From Octopus vulgaris (Eukaryota): a stretch of DNA of 64,000 bases. Positions 43,443 to 58,775 of the stretch are shown here, one piece after another. Every line of letters starts with the position of its first letter. Position 1 is the stretch's first letter. Both the position numbers and the translations under genes were made by a program. The stretch covers positions 7,440,001 through 7,504,000 of the forward strand of contig OX597839.1 of assembly GCA_951406725.2 (NCBI GenBank). The letters run 5' to 3'. The notes under the pieces were generated by a model, which ran no database searches, had not been told where the DNA came from, and worked only from the letters and a program-made list of their open reading frames with translations.

Positions 43443-44237
43443 TGTATGTATGTATGTATGTATGTATGTATGTATGAATGTATATATGTATGTATGTATG
43501 TATACATAGTTAGTGCTGTGGTTATAAAAAAAGCAAGAGAAAATATCGGTGAAGATAATAAAGACGATAATAACCATACTGAAGATAGTAAGGATAGAAT
43601 TTCTGTTGATGACCATGCGAAGGTGAGGATAATAGTGATGTTCCTGATTATGATAGTTTTGTGGAGGATTATGTTGATGGCAAGACGAGGGTTCGAGTTC
43701 AGTATGAATCTGTTACAATGAATATACATTTAGTGGTGTCCATACATACAATTGTTTTCTACTATAGCCTGCGGCCAACCGAGACCGTGTGGATCGATGC
43801 AGTGGACAGAAACTGAGGGACTGCCTGCCATATATATATATAACAATATTTTATAATTACGAGAATAATTATAATAAGGGTTCAGCAAAGATTTGCTTTA
43901 CCACATACCGAAGTTTAGAAATAGCAGCCAAAGAACCTTAGCTATTTCTTCTACTACAAGAAGAGACTTGTTTTGTTTTGTGCGGGAGTCTCTTCTTATA
44001 GTAGAAGAAATAGCTACTATAGCTAAATAAGTCCTGGGTCGATTTGTTTTGACTAAAGGCAGTGCCCCAGCTTGGCCGCAAGCAAATGACAATCAAGTAA
44101 AAAAAAGGAAAAGAAATATATATATGCATGTGTGTGTGTGAACAAACTTGAAGTACACAACGATGTAATTTGAACCAATAGAATGTAATTCGAAGATTAA
44201 TAAAAGCAAGCCAACATATGCATATATACATACATAC

Positions 44238-44294
<57 letters not shown>

Positions 44295-44351
44295 CATATA
44301 TATATATATATATACGTATTATATACATATATATACATATATGTATATATA

Positions 44352-44403
<52 letters not shown>

Positions 44404-45049
44404 AAATGGGACAAGAATGCAAAACATCCGGACAGTTAGGTGATACAAAAATGGGACAAGGATCATTCGATGTTTTCTTTCCTCAGTCAAGTACCAGATT
44501 ATCTTCGTGATTTCGGCTAATTACACCTGAGATTGCTCCAATCTGGCCAGCCCCAAGGAAAAACTAAGCTAAGACCATTAGATTCCTTGGAAGAAAGCAG
44601 CGAACCTATACAAAAACAAGGTCGGAAAAAAAAACGAACAATGTTACATAAATACATTAAAAATAATAATAATGTATATATACATATATATATATCATTA
44701 TGTATTTTATGTATGCCTATTTGTGTGGGAGTAGGGTGAGAGAAGCCGACAGACAGAAGAAAGATATAGAATATGTTTCGAAATCGAGGGAGAAGATTAA
44801 AAAGAATCAAATCTGGAGACACAATCGTGTCCACTCAGACATGATGTCCGTCTTAACTGACCATTATTCTATATTCTGTTATGTAGATACTGATTAATTA
44901 TTTCTTGTGTGATCAGCGCAATTCGATATTGATTGAGAAATATTCATTGATCGAGTCTGGCAACAGAATTCCACCGTATTCATATTTATGTTTGCAAACG
45001 CTTCTGGTATTGTTATCATATAAATACACACACACATACACACACACAA

Positions 45050-45075
45050 CGTATGTATGTATGTATGTATATATA

Positions 45076-45111
<36 letters not shown>

Positions 45112-45137
45112 TGTACGTACGTATGTATGTATGTATG

Positions 45138-45173
<36 letters not shown>

Positions 45174-45219
45174 TGTATGTATGTATGTATGTATGTATGT
45201 ATGTATGTATGTATGTATG

Positions 45220-45251
<32 letters not shown>

Positions 45252-45323
45252 TGTATGTATGTATATGTATGTATGTATGTATGTTTGTATGTATGTATGT
45301 ATGTATGTATGTATGTATGTATG
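45050..45323. repeat. (TATG)n microsatellite
   Basis: Direct inspection; one of many such tracts. Confidence 0.95.
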
Positions 45324-45480
45324 TGATTATATCACAGAAACGTTGCATCCTCGATGCGTCCTCGGGTGAACAGGATCTGGTTATCAAAATCTGCATCCCA
45401 AATACAAATTATCAATTAGCTACGATAAGTCACTCAACTTTTGTATCTACAAATCTCCAATTGTCTATCTGTCTCCATCA

Positions 45481-45514
<34 letters not shown>

Positions 45515-45611
45515 ATATATCTCTCTCTTTCTTCCTCTCTTATGCTTCTCTTTTCTCTAGACATATTTACCATACTCTCCCAATCTTTTCTCTGTATGTG
45601 TATATCTCTCA

Positions 45612-45937
45612 ATGAAGGCGCGTGGCTTAGTGGTTAGGGACATTCGGCCCATGATCGTAAAATCGTGAGTTCAATTCCCGGCGGTGTGTTGTGTTCTTGA
45701 GCAAGACATTTTATTTCACGTTGCTCCAGTCCACTCGGCTGACAAAAATGAGTAGTACCTGTATTTCAAAGGGCCAGCCTTGCTACACACTGTGTCACAC
45801 TGAATCTCCCCGAGAACTACCTTAAGGGTACACGTGTTTGTGGAGTGCTCAGCCACTTACATGTTAATTACACGAGCAAGCTGTTCCGTTGATCGTATCA
45901 GCTGGGACCCTCGTCGTCGCAACCGACGGAGTGCTCC
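45612..45937 (+). mobile_element. SINE family C2 with target-site duplication
   Basis: Collinear with 39183-39514; TSD TATATCTCTCA at 45601-45611 and 45938-45948. Confidence 0.9.
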
Positions 45938-46344
45938 TATATCTCTCACGAATGCTGCTTCTACTCGCTCTGTTAATATGACACGTAACTGTTTTTATTT
46001 TGTTTAAAACTTCGTCTCTGTAGTATTTCCTTTCATTTTATGGCCGACAACTATCACGCAGAATATACTAGCCTCCAAATCCTGTTTTCTGATCGGGTAA
46101 AAGCAATCAAAATTTAAACCTCTGTAAAATTTTTCTTAAACTTTTCTGGAATAAACGAATCTCAAAATCATATATACCGTGTTAAGGAAGACATCAATAT
46201 ACAGAATTTGAAATTTTTTATTTAATTTTAAAATTTCAAAATGTGTGACAGCAACAGAAAAACACACACACCCATTTATTCTCTCTCCCTCTCGGTTCTC
46301 TCTCTCTTTTTATCTCCCTCTTTATTTCTCTCTCTCTCTCTCTC

Positions 46345-46628
46345 TTTACATTTGACGGATATTTGTCCTCATCTGGTTTCCTGTTAACACAGCGTTTTGG
46401 CTGATATAATCTCCAGCCTTCATCAGGTGTCTTGGGGAAATTTCGAACCTGGCTTCTCATTCCTATTTTTCGATGTTATTATTATTATTATTATTATTGT
46501 TGTTGTTGTTGTTATTGTTGTTGATGATGTTGCTGTTGCTGTTGTTGTTGTTATCATCCAGGTTACTGCCTGGAATCGAACTCGGAATCTTGGGATTAGT
46601 AGCCCGCGCTCTTAACCACTACGCTATA
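46345..46628 (-). mobile_element. tRNA-headed SINE-like element with a hammerhead-like 3' part
   Basis: Minus strand: A box TAGCGTAGTGG, B box GAGTTCGATTCC, (AAC/AAT)n linker, then ACAC-CTGATGA-A-GGCTG..CAGCC-AAAACGCT-GTGT at 46387-46430. Confidence 0.65.
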
Positions 46629-47014
46629 TTATTATCTTTTCATTTACGTTTTTCTTTTTGTAAACGTTCCTCCCTTCTATATATACTTACTGCACTCACC
46701 TTCACTCAGTTTATCGCTTATGCTGAGTGTGTGTACGTGCGTATATGTGTGCGTATAACGGAATACTCGACTCAGGAAATGTATAAAAAATTCTTAAAAT
46801 GATTTCTGTTTTGTAGAAGTATAACCGATTAATTATGTAGGCCCCGGTTGAAAATGACTGATTTAGACGTTTGGAAAACTGAAGATGATCCTGTGTACCA
46901 TGTCCCACTAAAGAAAACATTAGCCACTAAACCTTCTTCTATTTTCTCTCCCTGTTTATTTCTGTGTTCCTTTGTGACGAAGGGCGTAGCCTCGAAATAT
47001 AAAAGACTTCTCAC

Positions 47015-47287
47015 TTGAATCTGTAGTCTTCGAATCAGCTTTCTCCTTTCTGGATTTGAGAATCCTAATTACTCAAGATTGGTATTTAGTCAGTGTGTTA
47101 CATACCCCAGGGCCTCGATAATTAAAGGTATAAATCCGAAATTGTGATCTGGATAGAGTAACTGCAGATTTCTCAATAGTTCGGCGTAGATATTCTCTTT
47201 ATCACTCATCTTCAGCTTTATGTTAACCGCTGGGCAGCTAATTTCCACAACTGCACACATCTATTCTCTATCTCAAATCATTATATC
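47015..47287 (-). pseudogene. Decayed RLE endonuclease fragment of a third non-LTR family
   Basis: DIMI*DRE*MCAVVEISCPAVNIKLKMSDKENIYAELLRNLQLLYPDHNFGFIPLIIEALGYV shows the PD..E..K-xx-Y layout and an IPIIxGALG-like motif, with in-frame stops. Confidence 0.7.
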
Positions 47288-47535
47288 AGTATGTATGTAT
47301 ATATGCATGTATGTTTGTATGTATGTATGTATGTATGTATGTATGTATGTATGTATGTATGTATGTATGTATGTATGTATGCATGTTTGTTTGAAAGGAG
47401 CTACAAATAGTACGCTGATTTAGGAATCAGTAACAGAATTAATGAAGCCAAATAAAGTAGCGTAGGTTTTCATATTTCTGTATCAAGTTAAATATTCATT
47501 AGAATGGCGTGATTATAAAAAAAATGGCGTGTGAT

Positions 47536-47591
<56 letters not shown>

Positions 47592-47786
47592 GTGTGTGAG
47601 CATGTATGTATAGACATTTGAATGTAACAATGTATGTATGCATGGATTTTACGCATATGTACCTGTACGTAAGAATATATATACAAATATGTATAGAAAT
47701 TCTACATACGTTTATGAATTTACATCAGTAATTGTATTTACTGTTTCGGAAATACTTTCACCTTCACATCCAAGTGCTTGAGTGCT

Positions 47787-47844
<58 letters not shown>

Positions 47845-47893
47845 AATATATATATATATATATATGTATATATTATATATATATATATATGTA

Positions 47894-47934
<41 letters not shown>

Positions 47935-48769
47935 GCACACAAATATATATATATATATATACAATTATATACAGTATATGCATACAGACATATGTTTAGA
48001 TGAGTGAACATATTTATATACATATATATATATACATACATACAAATATAAACACACACACATATGTATACGTATGTATGTATGTATGTATGTATGTATG
48101 TATGTATGTATGTATGTATGTATGTATGTATGTATGTATGTATGTACGTGCAGAGCTATTAGTCGCGTAATATGTCAGCAATGCAATCGATGTTTGGTTG
48201 AGCCACTTACCATGAAAGTCACTTCTCGCATTTCAAAAATGCCTAATGTCATTTTCGGTTATCTAATCCGATTTTGAGAACTATGTTCGCCTCGCATTTG
48301 TGAAAAGAAATATTTCTTTTTTTTTTCCCCTTTATTTCTTTGTTTCTTTGTTGTCATTGCTAGATATCATGTTTTTTTTTACTTTGTTTTTATTTAAGTC
48401 GTATTCATTTGTGTTATTTTTTTACTTATTTTCTAGCAAAATTTTTTTTTGTTTTATGTATTTGCTTTTTGGGGCACTTATTTTTAAAAATAGGTTTAGG
48501 AAAATCTCCTATTCATGATTAATGCATATTTTTATTTTGTTATATGTCCTTTAAGTTTAATGCATATGTACATACATATAAATATAATATGCATACGTAC
48601 ATACATACATACATACATAAATACATACATACATACATACATACATGCATACATAAATACATACATACATACATACATACATACATACATACATAAAAAT
48701 ACATACATACATACATACATACATACAAATACATACATACATACATACATACATACATACATACATAAA

Positions 48770-48805
<36 letters not shown>

Positions 48806-48879
48806 TTATATGTATATAAATATATATATACATATAATAAATATATATAAATGTACATACGTACATACATATATATATA

Positions 48880-48920
<41 letters not shown>

Positions 48921-49468
48921 TCGTTAGATATACATACATAAAATAAATATATATATATACATACACATATAAACATATATATATATACATATGCATACAT
49001 ATATACATATACATATAAACATATATATGTGTATACATATATGCATATATATTCATATATATATACATATATACGTATACATATATATATATGTATATGT
49101 ATATACATGGATGTATGTATATATATTACATATATATGTATATATACATACATATATGTATGTATTTATATGTACACAAACGAAGTGGTGAGGGTGGATT
49201 TTATGTAGTGTTGTTGTATGTTTGTGTTCATTGTAATTTTCATTTATTTCATGTTGTTTTTTGTATTATTACATTTTCTCGTTCTTTCGCATTTTATTTT
49301 TTATTCTGTTTTTTTCTCTTCCTATTTCTATCTGGTGTATTTTCCACTGGTTTTCGCACTTCGTTATATTCTCACATCATATTCGCTTTTGTTATTACAA
49401 TAGATAATGCTATATGTTTCAATTGCTAAAATATATACATATTTGTTCCTACCTATACACACACACCG

Positions 49469-49568
<100 letters not shown>

Positions 49569-49912
49569 TATAGATATATAGATATATATACATATATATA
49601 GATATATAGATATATATACATATATATTTTTTTTTTGATAGGTGGCTAGTAATTATTTATTTAGGGGTACATGATGTGTATAAATTGGTCTCTGTGTGTG
49701 TGTGTGTGTGTGTTTGTGCGTGTGAGTGGCGTGCGTCGCCGAATATACGTGAGCGTGTTAGTACACAAGCACATTTGTAAGTGAACAAGTATTTATCGGA
49801 TTTGTTAGTATAAAGTAGCTGCATATAATTACTGAATTTCATAAAAATAAATACCTATATGGATAAGTCAGGCTTATGTTGAATAAATCATGAAAAGCCT
49901 GCATGATAGTAT

Positions 49913-49963
<51 letters not shown>

Positions 49964-50146
49964 ATGGATATATCAGTATAGACATCTCGACATACATATT
50001 TTTATATACGTAAATATAGAAACACATGTACACATATACACGCATACACATACAAACACACAAACAAATGCACACACACATATACACCATGTATGAGTGT
50101 GTACACGTTTGCTTGTATGTATATATATATATATGTATACATGCAT

Positions 50147-50194
<48 letters not shown>

Positions 50195-50779
50195 GTATGT
50201 ATATACATATATATATACACGTAGAAAAAATATATACAGCAAGATTATGTACACAAGTAAGTGTGTGTTCGTTTGTATATGTGTGTGTATGTGTGTGTTG
50301 TTTGTGTTTGTGTGCATACAGTTATACCCACTCAGTACTCACGCATTCATTATTTATATAGATAACCGTAGTTAATGTAGTATTATTAGTTAACGTCTGT
50401 TTCGGACATCGGTGGTAATACTAACAACCAGATTAACACTAAAATCACATAATTTCATTTCAGAAAAAATCGAGGCAATTTCTTTGAGATGATTCAATTT
50501 TCTTCAATTAGCATCTAATTATTGCTCAAATTGCACCATATCCTCTTTTGAGCCAATGAGAAAGGTTCCACGTGTTTGCACGAGGTGATAGTTACGATAC
50601 CAACTTCTTCGGATCATACCTTACCGTTTTATTAGCGACCAATAGAAACACCAGATGATTCTCAACTTGATAACTGATACAAATACAGATCAGCTTCCAT
50701 CGCTGGCACTAAAATGTTTTGTTTTGTGCTTTCTTTTTTTTGTTTTTGTTCTTTATGAATTTTCCTACTTTTATAGAAA

Positions 50780-50931
50780 TCTTTATATATAAAGCTGATG
50801 TTGTTTGTGTGTGTGTGGCAGGATTGGTAGCCTTCAACTAACACTATCTCCTCCGAGACCCTGCGGCGCAAGTTGACCAAAATTGAGAGTATGATAGAAG
50901 AAGGCTGGCTCTTAATTCCGCAAAAGAAAGA
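50780..50931 (+). mobile_element. 5' fragment of the non-autonomous Helitron
   Basis: A|TCTTTATATATAAAGCTGA...; reverse complement of ~17620-17769. Confidence 0.75.
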
Positions 50932-51051
50932 ATGGTAGTGTGGAGGTGCCCCATCTTGCTGGAAATAAAACTCTTCCTGTTCAAAGTCCTCTCTAATGCT
51001 TGGCATGACAGACTGTTGCAGCATGTGTATACATTTTTTGGGGACACCCTG
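50932..51051 (-). mobile_element. Partial second copy of the Tc1/mariner deletion derivative
   Basis: Nearly identical to ~14916-15035, including the TIR-to-LLQQSVMP junction. Confidence 0.85.
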
Positions 51052-51290
51052 TATATATATATATATATATACATACGAGCAAATATATATATATATGGCT
51101 TTTTCAGTTTCTATCTCACAAATCGACTTACAATGACCGTGATTATTGTAACAGGCACCTGCTCAAGGTGCCAAGTTCTGGGACTGAACCCAAAACCATA
51201 CGGTTGAAAAGGAAGCTTCTTACTACACAGCTGCGCCTGCGCCTATATGTATAAGTCAATATATACATACTTATACATACATATGCATAG

Positions 51291-51338
<48 letters not shown>

Positions 51339-51792
51339 ACACACACACAGCTTGCTCGCTACTGGATATAGGGCGGGCAGGATTTGTTCTACTTACAACT
51401 AAAGGTGTGTTAACTTGCCCGAGTGAGTTTGGGAAAAAAGAAAACGACAACGGTGACAATACGACGAAGACGATGATGATGATGATGATGAGAGTGGTGG
51501 TGATGGTGATGGCAGCGGCGACAGAGATCATGGTATGTTGGTGATCGTGGGGTGGGTATTCTTGGTAGTGAAAATAATAGGGTTTTTTTAGGAAGTAATG
51601 GTTGCCGCAATGGTGATGGTGATGGTGATTGTTGTCGTGGTGATGGCGGTGGTAGTGAGGGTGGTGGTGGTGGTGGTGGTGGTGGTGGTGGTGGTGATTG
51701 CGATGCTGTTGATGGCGGTGGTGATTGTAGTAGCTTTGAGTATGGCATTAGTCCTAATGGTGAAATCTGAGTAAAAGTAACACCCCTTTCCT

Positions 51793-51825
<33 letters not shown>

Positions 51826-52217
51826 AAGGAGTAGTAGTAGTAGAAGTAGTAGTTGTAGTAGAAGTAGTAGTAGTAACAGTAGTAGTAGTAGTAGTAGTAG
51901 TAGTAGCAGTAGCAGTAGCAGTAGTAGTAGTTGTTGTCAATATTACTAGTGCTAGGTGTTGCTATGGCAAAGCAATCAAATACCTCCACCCCACACACAC
52001 CATCTAACACAACCACCACCACCGCCACCCACACACCGTTTCATATTATTCTTTTATCTGAAATTGTTCTTTCCCCGTTTCCCTTTTATATTCTATCCCC
52101 TTAGCACCCACCCCTTAATTCCCCACCCGGCCATCATCATCATATCATCCCACTTTTACTTCTAACCCCTATCACTGCCTCTCTAAGTCTTTGCTTGATA
52201 TACGTGTGCGCGCGCGT

Positions 52218-52261
<44 letters not shown>

Positions 52262-52271
52262 ACCCACATAA

Positions 52272-52327
<56 letters not shown>

Positions 52328-52424
52328 TGTGTATGCGTATGTGCATATATATAGATATACCTCTGTTACTCTCTCTCTCTATCTCTCTGTCCCTTTCTCT
52401 TTCTTTCTACACACACACACACAC

Positions 52425-52466
<42 letters not shown>

Positions 52467-52526
52467 ATCAAAATTGTGTTTGTGTGTAGTTTAGCAATAT
52501 ATACATATACCTATATATATATATAT

Positions 52527-52558
<32 letters not shown>

Positions 52559-52589
52559 GTATATATATATGTATATGTATATGTATATG

Positions 52590-52637
<48 letters not shown>

Positions 52638-52755
52638 CATATATGTATATATACATACATATATGTATTTATGTATATATATATATACATACATATATGT
52701 ATATATATATGTATATATATATATATATATATACATACATACATACATATATATG

Positions 52756-52787
<32 letters not shown>

Positions 52788-52812
52788 CATACATATATAT
52801 ATGCATACATAT

Positions 52813-52884
<72 letters not shown>

Positions 52885-53564
52885 TATATGTATATGAGTG
52901 TATCTGTATGGATATATATACACATGATGCATATAGGCCTATCCACACTCTTTGCCCTCACACACAAAACCCGAACGAAATCCCTCCATGTCTCTCCTAC
53001 ACTACGTCACCCTGTACGCCGCTACCCGCCGCCATATGCCAAATAACAGGCACTGCAGGACATCGAATCGTAACGCTCTATAACCTCTCTGTACTCAACA
53101 CACCAATAACCAAGCGATTTTTATCATCATTGCTAACCCCTTTTATCCGCTCCCTCCGTCCTACTATGCCTACCTCACCCCGCAACTAAATTTACTTTCT
53201 TAACCAACTCTCAGAACATCAATAGAAACACCAGCAAACATTGCTAGCCAATGATAGAGCTTGTAGATGGTTTGTTGTCATGCTTGAAAGACCAGCTAAA
53301 TCCTGTTCGCATCATACAGTAAAAACAATTAAAATGATACGGAAAAGGAAAGAAGGTTACATTCAGTAGTGTAGTCTTAGGTATATTGTGCCTGAAAATT
53401 ATCTGGGATGGATTCATTTTGGGTTTGATGTTTGGGGCTAAGAAACATCACTAACCAATCGACCAACGTAAAGACCTACAAGCCAGACATCCACCAGCCA
53501 ACCAGATAACAAGTTAACCCACCAACCGACCAACCAAGCAACCAAACAGCCAACCAGCGCCTTC

Positions 53565-53987
53565 GGATCTTTTCGGTTTGAACGGCAGTTCTTTCTAGCG
53601 GTGTCATGAAAATGTCACCCATAATTATGACCCTAGTATCGATCTATTGCATTTCAATCTGTTTTAGGGTTAGGGTTAGTTAAGGTTGGGATTAGGGTAA
53701 GGGTATCTTTTTTCTTCAGAAATGTAAATAAACCCAATCTGTTTCTTAAACGAGTGACATTTTCATATGGCACAGAATGTTTTCACCTCAATAGACGTCA
53801 TTGATTTGTTGAAATTGTAGAAATTGAAGAAGAAAAACAAGAAATATCTTACAACTATAGAATCTTCTCAATAAAGCCAAGAGAAAAAGATGCTTTATAA
53901 ACACATTCTACCAGTATACGAAGTTTAAAAGTGTTCAGTTACGTGGAAATTATTTTTAAAAACTGCCGTTCAAACCGAAAATATCCC
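53565..53987 (+). mobile_element. TTAGGG-containing MITE, full length
   Basis: TIRs GGATCTTTTCGGTTTGAACGGCAGTT / AACTGCCGTTCAAACCGAAAATATCC; internal TTAGGGTTAGGGTTAG. Confidence 0.85.
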
Positions 53988-54499
53988 GGTGAAGTTGTTG
54001 TCGAGGGGCCGATTGTTATTTTCCTTCAACAATGTTTTAAAGATCTTTTGCCTCTGTTAGAAAATCGATCTTTGGTAATCAGTACTCCATCACTATAAGA
54101 AAAAAAAACCCCAAACAATCAAATAAAACAAGCATATATAATAAAGACGCTAAGAAATATATAACCCTATTCGACAAAAAATAAATTAATTATGAACGTC
54201 CAATTAGATCATGTCAGATCAATATATACAAGAAAATTGCTCTGAAGTCACTTTTAAAAAAATACACATAGAACAAACAAAGAAAAAAAAACAATATAAA
54301 CAAAACCAGCAGTAACAAAAAAAAACTCAAAAGCAAAATATTTTAATTCTTATCTTTAGCCTTTCTCAATTACTGGAGTGCAACCAAGCTGGGGTGCTGT
54401 AGTGCAACCAAACTGGGGTAGGCCTTGAAGGCTTTAGTCAAAGAAATGAACTCAATACTTATATTTAAGTTTGGTACTATTATTATTATTATTATTATT

Positions 54500-55062
54500 G
54501 AGTGAGAGAGCAGTGCATGCCATCAAAGTGACACTGGGGTAAAATATACGAAGCCCAGTATACCCATCATGACTACCCGTCTGATAAGGGTACACCAAGC
54601 ACATGCATCACAACCATATGTGCGCGACATGGTGATCTCATATCAAGATAAACAGCACATGACCTTGCAGGTGGGGCCCAGTTAGAATTTTCTTCAGGTT
54701 GAGTAGCCCATCCCGCTCAAAAGGGTTGTTTAAGGATGAATAAGGGTTGTTTAAGGATGTTGAAAGAACCACCCATGTTTCCAGAGGTGAATTATTCAAA
54801 CCCCAAAGAATCCCTCTCAACACATGGCTATGATGCTCCCCCACTACTTCTGCTCATGATCAGAGATGCACATATCGTCAGCCACTAAGGGATATGCTCA
54901 ATTGGTTAAAGTCAAACAACTGACAAGCAAATCTGTGGTATTGAGCAGAATATTTGCTGTAGCCCATCTTTTATACCAAGACAAAACAATGTACATGATA
55001 ACACTTCCAATCAGTTAAGATCAGAAGCCATGAAAGCCACTGCCTGGTACTGCATCAGGGCA
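54500..55062 (-). mobile_element. Non-coding (AAT)n-associated repeat, longest copy
   Basis: Flanked by (ATT)n on both sides; homologous to 8630-9107 and 9172-9493. Confidence 0.85.
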
Positions 55063-55069
55063 TATATTA

Positions 55070-55121
<52 letters not shown>

Positions 55122-56027
55122 ATCAATTATTCTGTTTTGTCGAACCGCTACCTTGCCGTTAGGCAAACAAACCGACACCGGCTGTCAAGTAGAGAGACAA
55201 ATACAAACACAAAGAGACACATATATACATATACACTGGCAACCTCATATCCCCCACACAAATGTATGTGCGTATGTGTATATGTACGCGCACACACACA
55301 CGCGCACACACATATATATTCTATTATAAATTATTTGATAATAAAATGTATGGTGTGGCAGAGCGGTAAGAAGCTTGATTCCCAACCACATGGTTCTGGG
55401 TTCAGTTCCATTTGTGTGGAAACTTGGGCAAGTGTTTACTACTGTTGCCTCTGTGGGATTTTTTTTTCATTTAAACTGAATATAAAATAATACCGTATTG
55501 GGAGGATGATATCATATTTGTAGGGTACCTATAAATGCTTTATTATCATTGCTCTCCCTAGTTTGGGGCCGTAGACCTAATTAGCCCTCCGCAGGAGCTA
55601 GCTTAAAAATCCGCGCTGAGTGCGGTTTTTAAGCTAGTAATTAATAAGGAGACACTTGGTAAAAGATCATCCGGTCGTCTACCGCGGTAACAGAAGCTTT
55701 TATACAAGATTGTTTTCGATCAAGTACTGAGAACCCTGCATGGGATAGTGCTAAATGGGTTAGCGGCTAACTGAACACAACTTTAGGGCTGGATTAACTC
55801 CGATTATGGCGCCTGATTATCGAAAAATATAAATACTTAATAACTCCCGGGAAACTTCGCTTATGGTATTTCAAGGTGCAACACAGTTCAATATTGCAAA
55901 CATATCTCTGTCTATCTCTGTACCTGGGTATGCACTCATATGGCTCATCAAGTGGTACAGAAAGCTTGACTGACATAACAGTAACACTGGGTGAAAAGAC
56001 TGAATTTTACTTTCTCTGTATTGCATT

Positions 56028-56347
56028 GGAGGAGCAATGGCCCAGTGGTTAGGGCAGCGACCTTGCGGTCGGAGGATCGCGGTTTCGATTCCCAGACCGG
56101 GCGTTGTGTGTATTTATTGAGCGAAAATACCTAAAGCTCCACGACGTTCCGGCAGGGAATAGTGTCGACCCCTGTTGTACTCCTTCGCCCCGACTTTCTC
56201 TCACTCTTTCTTCCTGTTTCTTGTGTAACGCTGCAATGGACTGGCGTCTCGTCCAGCTGGGGGAAACACATTCGCCACAGAAACCGGAAAACCATGAGCC
56301 AGGCTAAGCTTGAAAAAGGCGCATAAGTAAATGAACATGTAAATAGA
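56028..56347 (+). mobile_element. SINE family D with an alternative tail
   Basis: A box TGGCCCAGTGG, B-box-like GGTTTCGATTCC, tail GCTGCAATGGACTGGCGTCTCGTCCAG; TSD TATTGCATT at 56019 and 56348. Confidence 0.8.
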
Positions 56348-56716
56348 TATTGCATTGGGTTTAATCAATAACATCGATCCCAGTGTTCAACAGGTATTTA
56401 TTTTATCGATCCTGATTAGATTGAAGAAAAAATCGACTTCGGTGTAATTTGAACACAAGACGTTTAGACAACAATATATTTAGACAATAATATATATACT
56501 CCACTTTATCGAAAAAGTGAATGCTCACCGTCGCGATTAAAGAAGATCCATGTGCCATTTTAAAAACCATACCCCCCCCCCACCATCACCACCACTAACA
56601 ACGCCAGCAACAACCATTATCATCATCAGTATTATGACATCCAACGTCACAAACGAAATTGTATCAGCATTAGCATCATCGTCGCCATCGTCATCGTCAT
56701 TGTAGTCGTGATGTTG

Positions 56717-56755
<39 letters not shown>

Positions 56756-56919
56756 ATCAGTGGATCAAGTAACGTTAATTACCAAAGCCCCAAATTGCGA
56801 TCTTTATCAATATTCATTAGAACGTCGATAAATTCTGTGCAACAAGTGCAAACGAAAACACTGTTGCATTACACACGTGCGCGCGCGCGCAAATATAGAT
56901 AGATGTATGTGCGGGAGTG

Positions 56920-56958
<39 letters not shown>

Positions 56959-57284
56959 GTATGCGTGCGTGTGTGTATGTGTGCATGTATGTCTGCGCAT
57001 ATGTCTGAAATGTATGTATGTATACATATGTATATATGTTTATATATATATATATAAATATATGTTTTATAAATAAATAAATATATATATATATATATAT
57101 ACAATATATATATATACCATAAATATATACAATATATATATATATATACTATGTATATATACAATATATATATATATATACTATATATATATATGTATGT
57201 ATATATATGTAAATATATATATATATATATATACAACATATACAGTATATATTTACTAGATATATATATATACATATACTATAT

Positions 57285-57338
<54 letters not shown>

Positions 57339-57355
57339 CTATATATATATGTATA

Positions 57356-57414
<59 letters not shown>

Positions 57415-57798
57415 GCATATGTAAACTTACACACACACACACACATACACACGCATACATACACATATACACAGGCATCAGCGTGCCCGTAGCGACCTAC
57501 TTGAATATCAATATATCAATTCCTTTACAATCCCGCGGACTGCACTGCTGGCCGACGCCATTCATAACATGTAGCGTATGGTGGCACAAACTCGCAATTA
57601 ATAAACGTTAACGATTTACTACAATGCAAGTAATGATGCACTCGACGACCACATACACTTACATTATTCATTGCGATGCACTGGTATGCCTTATATATCC
57701 ACGTGAATGCATGCATATGTGAATATATATATATATATATATATTTGTTATGTGTTTGCATGTTTGTATGCAGGCATATAGGCATGCGCATTATATCT

Positions 57799-57836
<38 letters not shown>

Positions 57837-58114
57837 GTTCACATGCACCCGAAAACAGGGAGGCGTTTATGCATCCATTGTATGGGTTTGCTTATAGACA
57901 ATACCTCTGTGGTTTATGTTTTCTACATAAATATATCTAAGTTAGAGGGTATTGTTAATCCCAAAATAATGCGTTGTGGCTATGTATATATGTATATTTT
58001 TGTACGTGTGTTGTGTGGACTATACATATGTATACATATATATATATATATATATGCGTGTATGTGAGTATGTTTACATATTCTACACGCACACTCACGC
58101 ACACATATACATAA

Positions 58115-58166
<52 letters not shown>

Positions 58167-58181
58167 TATATATATATATAT

Positions 58182-58471
<290 letters not shown>

Positions 58472-58583
58472 TAATCCAAACAAGAAAACACAGAAAAAAG
58501 AGAAAAAAAGAGAAAAAAACACTGCAACGCAGGACGTGGAACAATTAAAGTATTATTGACGCTCAGGAAAGAAGGGAAGGAGG

Positions 58584-58618
58584 GTTTAACGTTTCGAGCG
58601 GAGCTCTTCGTCGGAAAC
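58584..58618 (-). ncRNA. Minimal hammerhead-like motif (U4C variant)
   Basis: GTTT-CCGACGA-A-GAGC TCC GCTC-GAA-ACGT-T-AAAC. Confidence 0.6.
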
Positions 58619-58722
58619 AAGGAGAAGGAAAGATCCCAAGGAGGGAAGACAGAGGAGAAATTATTTGAGCTGGTGATGCTGGTTGATGATTGATTTAAGT
58701 ATGTTTCTCCATTTTCTCATTT

Positions 58723-58775
<53 letters not shown>

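Noticed and set aside
46560-46628. Genuine tRNA gene (also the heads at 39188, 45617 and 56028)
   Set aside because: A and B boxes are present but there is no paired acceptor stem, and the sequences continue into repeat bodies; treated as SINE heads.
51410-51940. Mucin- or proline-rich protein ORF
   Set aside because: Built from (TAG)n and (GGT)n tracts like others in the window.
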